Source: Acidimicrobiia bacterium (GTDB taxonomy: Bacteria > Actinomycetota > Acidimicrobiia > Spongiisociales > ZC4RG35). Taken from it: 64,000 nucleotides of DNA. The translations under genes were made by a program, and so were the position numbers. The notes beneath the pieces are model-generated. The model was not told the DNA's origin. It searched no databases and worked only from the letters and a program-made list of their open reading frames with translations. Location of the stretch: NCBI GenBank assembly GCA_965203555.1, contig CBDBCY010000004.1, positions 1,057,554 to 1,121,553 on the forward strand. The letters run 5' to 3'. This document shows positions 62,223 through 64,000 of this stretch, piece by piece (the first letter of the stretch is position 1; every line of letters starts with the position of its first letter).

Positions 62223-64000
62223 ATGGCTCTTTCCAACCACGAACGTGTAGGACAGGCACTCACTCTGCTCCGCGACGGCATCAGTGTTGGGGTGGAGCGA
62301 GCCTGGCGGGAAATATACGGTCTTTCCTGGATGCAAAAGGTCAACAGCTTTTTGCATCAGCCGGATCACAGCCCCTCTGCCGACGACCTATCGTTTTTGC
62401 TTAAGGGTGTACAGGCCACCTGGAACCCTATCTTCGGCAAAGTCCTCCCCTACCAAACCCGCAACTATGTGTCCCTCTTGCGAGACGCCCGCAACAAATG
62501 GGCTCACAATCGCAAGTTCGGTTCAGACGAAACCATCCGCATCCTCGACCAGTGCGAGGTAGTGCTCAAAGACTTCAAGGCACCCGAACAAGCCGAGCAG
62601 GTCCGGAGTCTGAAAAAAGCGTTGCAGAGACAGGTGTACGAGCAGGAAGGTCGCGACGAACGCAAACGGCTAATCAGTGTCTCGGATCTCACTAAGGGAC
62701 AGCCTGCGGGTCAGTACCCGCCTTGGCGGGAGGTGGTGGCTCCCCATCCCGATGTCCGGGAAGGCCGCTTCACCCAGGCCGAGTTCGCCGCCGACCTCTG
62801 GCAGGTGCTCAACGGACGGGCCGAAGAGGAGTATCAAGACCCGGCAGCCTTCTTTGCCCGCACCTTTATCACCGACGGTCTGGCGGATTTGATTCGCATC
62901 GCCGCCCAGCGTCTCTCGGGTCAGGGCGGAGAGCCGGTAGTGGAACTCCAAACCAGCTTCGGCGGTGGCAAGACCCACAGCCTGATCGCCCTTTACCACT
63001 TGGCGTCGGAGACCTCCACCCACAAACTGCCCGGAGTGGACGAATTATTGATCCGTGAGAACCTGACCATCCCGAAGACGGTCAACCGGGCAGCATTTGT
63101 CGGTCAGGCTTTTTCGGCTTCCGATCCCGCTCCTAAACCGGACGGCACGCCGGTGCGCACCCTGTGGGGAGAAATCGCTTGGCAACTTGGCGGCCCGGAG
63201 GCTTATGCCATCTTGGCTAAGGACGATCAAAACGCCACCAACCCCGGCGCCAAGCTGGTGGAGTTGTTCGAGAGATTCGGACCCGCCCTGGTTTTGATCG
63301 ATGAATGGGTGGCCTACGCCCGCGACCTCCCGACCCGGACGGACGAGACCCGAGTAGCTGGCGGGGACTTCGACACCCAGTTCACCTTTGCGCAGGCACT
63401 CACGGAAGCTGCCGCAGCCGCGAAGAACGCCTTGGTGCTGGTTTCCATTCCCTCCTCGAACATGGAAGTGGGAGGAGAAAAAGGACAGCAGGCCCTGGAA
63501 AAGCTCAAGAATGTCGTGTCACGCCGAGCAACCGAGTGGCGGGCCGCCACCACGGACGAGTCTTTCGAGATCGTGCGCCGCCGTCTGTTCGAACCACTCC
63601 CCCACGGATCGGCCCGTAAACGTGACGCGGTCATCCGGGCCTATCACGATCTGTACCGAAACCAGCCCGATCACTTTCCGCCCGAAACCCGTGAAACCTC
63701 CTACCGGAAACGGATGAAGGGATCCTATCCAATCCATCCGGAGCTATTCGACCGGCTCTACGAGGACTGGTCAACTCTGGAACGTTTCCAACGGACCCGA
63801 GGAATGCTGCGACTGATGGCCGCGGTAATCGCCAGCCTATGGGAACAAGGTGATCCTTCACAAATGATCATGCCGGGCATCCTCCCAATGGAATCCGGAA
63901 GAGTGCTTCCGGAGATCACCAAATACCTTGAGGACCGCTGGGATCCGATCATCCACACCGATGTGGACGGCCCCAACAGCTTGCCCCGCCGTATCGACAA
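62223..64000 (+). CDS. HEPN(Swt1-like)-DUF499 (COG1483) AAA-type ATPase, 3'-truncated by window end (BrxC/PglY-related)
   Basis: Not in the ORF track because it has no stop in the window. My own translation from ATG 62223 gives MALSNHERVGQALTLLRDGISV…LRDARNKWAHNRKF (Rx4H HEPN) …VVELQTSFGGGKTHSLIALYHL (P-loop) …LVLIDEWVAY (Walker B) …, open to the window end. It starts 6 nt after the DUF1156 stop. Confidence 0.85.
   Translation, partial: MALSNHERVGQALTLLRDGISVGVERAWREIYGLSWMQKVNSFLHQPDHSPSADDLSFLLKGVQATWNPIFGKVLPYQTRNYVSLLRDARNKWAHNRKFGSDETIRILDQCEVVLKDFKAPEQAEQVRSLKKALQRQVYEQEGRDERKRLISVSDLTKGQPAGQYPPWREVVAPHPDVREGRFTQAEFAADLWQVLNGRAEEEYQDPAAFFARTFITDGLADLIRIAAQRLSGQGGEPVVELQTSFGGGKTHSLIALYHLASETSTHKLPGVDELLIRENLTIPKTVNRAAFVGQAFSASDPAPKPDGTPVRTLWGEIAWQLGGPEAYAILAKDDQNATNPGAKLVELFERFGPALVLIDEWVAYARDLPTRTDETRVAGGDFDTQFTFAQALTEAAAAAKNALVLVSIPSSNMEVGGEKGQQALEKLKNVVSRRATEWRAATTDESFEIVRRRLFEPLPHGSARKRDAVIRAYHDLYRNQPDHFPPETRETSYRKRMKGSYPIHPELFDRLYEDWSTLERFQRTRGMLRLMAAVIASLWEQGDPSQMIMPGILPMESGRVLPEITKYLEDRWDPIIHTDVDGPNSLPRRID

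Noticed and set aside
1-64000. CRISPR arrays, rRNA genes, riboswitches (for example a cobalamin riboswitch upstream of the corrinoid operon)
   Set aside because: No regularly spaced short direct repeats, no rRNA-like segments, and no B12-box-like motif in the 7524-7703 leader were detected by eye. Absence is not proven without covariance-model searches.

Overview
This is a high-GC (~65-70%) bacterial chromosomal window, probably actinobacterial. The evidence for that is a DUF222-type HNH endonuclease and a mycobacterial AtsA-like sulfatase. No rRNA, tRNA or CRISPR array was found.

(1) 1.5-19.9 kb: a quaternary-amine (glycine-betaine-type) utilisation supercluster.
- A minus-strand operon runs from a corrinoid protein, through a pterin-binding methyl-H4folate:corrinoid methyltransferase, a RamA-like 2Fe-2S/ASKHA corrinoid activase and an MttB-superfamily (non-pyrrolysine) methyltransferase, to a translationally coupled MetF.
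- It is divergent from a dimethylglycine/sarcosine-dehydrogenase-family gene coupled to etfB-etfA.
- A ProV-ProW-ProX-type ABC importer follows. ProW carries a ~400-aa polytopic C-terminal extension. The ProX lipoprotein gene contains a perfect 981-bp tandem duplication and has a third paralog downstream.
- A clear caiD (carnitinyl-CoA dehydratase) ortholog follows the importer.
- At the far left there is a duplicated remnant of the mtgB-3'/metF-5' junction and a lower-GC DUF433 gene.

(2) 20-31 kb: miscellaneous genes.
- Frameshifted DUF222 HNH endonuclease.
- YcaD-like MFS transporter.
- TPP-dependent enzyme.
- Orphan substrate-binding lipoprotein.
- VapBC toxin-antitoxin pair.
- Mandelate-racemase-family enzyme.
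- Large arylsulfatase.

(3) 31.5-48.2 kb: a sugar / tetrose-like and nucleoside catabolic block.
- Genes: SCP-x thiolase plus DUF35, a xylose-isomerase-like TIM-barrel protein, dhaK, dhaL, a FucI/AraA-like isomerase, a LacD-like class I aldolase, a nucleoside hydrolase, an ABC importer, an MFS transporter and a nucleoside phosphorylase.
- A lower-GC islet carrying a RelA/SpoT-domain gene is inserted between dhaK and dhaL.
- A junk region contains a duplicated 5' fragment of the aldolase gene.
- A run of frameshifts destroys a Zn-dependent polyol-dehydrogenase-like gene and interrupts an ABC permease.

(4) 48.2 kb to the window end: a lower-GC defense island.
- A HEPN-like plus zinc-ribbon hypothetical protein.
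- A Sir2-HerA module.
- An SNF2-family helicase whose C-terminal DUF3883 domain has been severed by an IS1380-family insertion carrying a frameshifted transposase.
- A DUF1156 (COG1743) methyltransferase and a HEPN-DUF499 ATPase that runs off the window end. Together with the helicase these form a BREX-type-3-like or 'DUF1156-DUF499-helicase' methylation-type defense module that is incomplete here.

Many long ORFs in the track are antisense or alternate-frame artefacts of high GC and were rejected.
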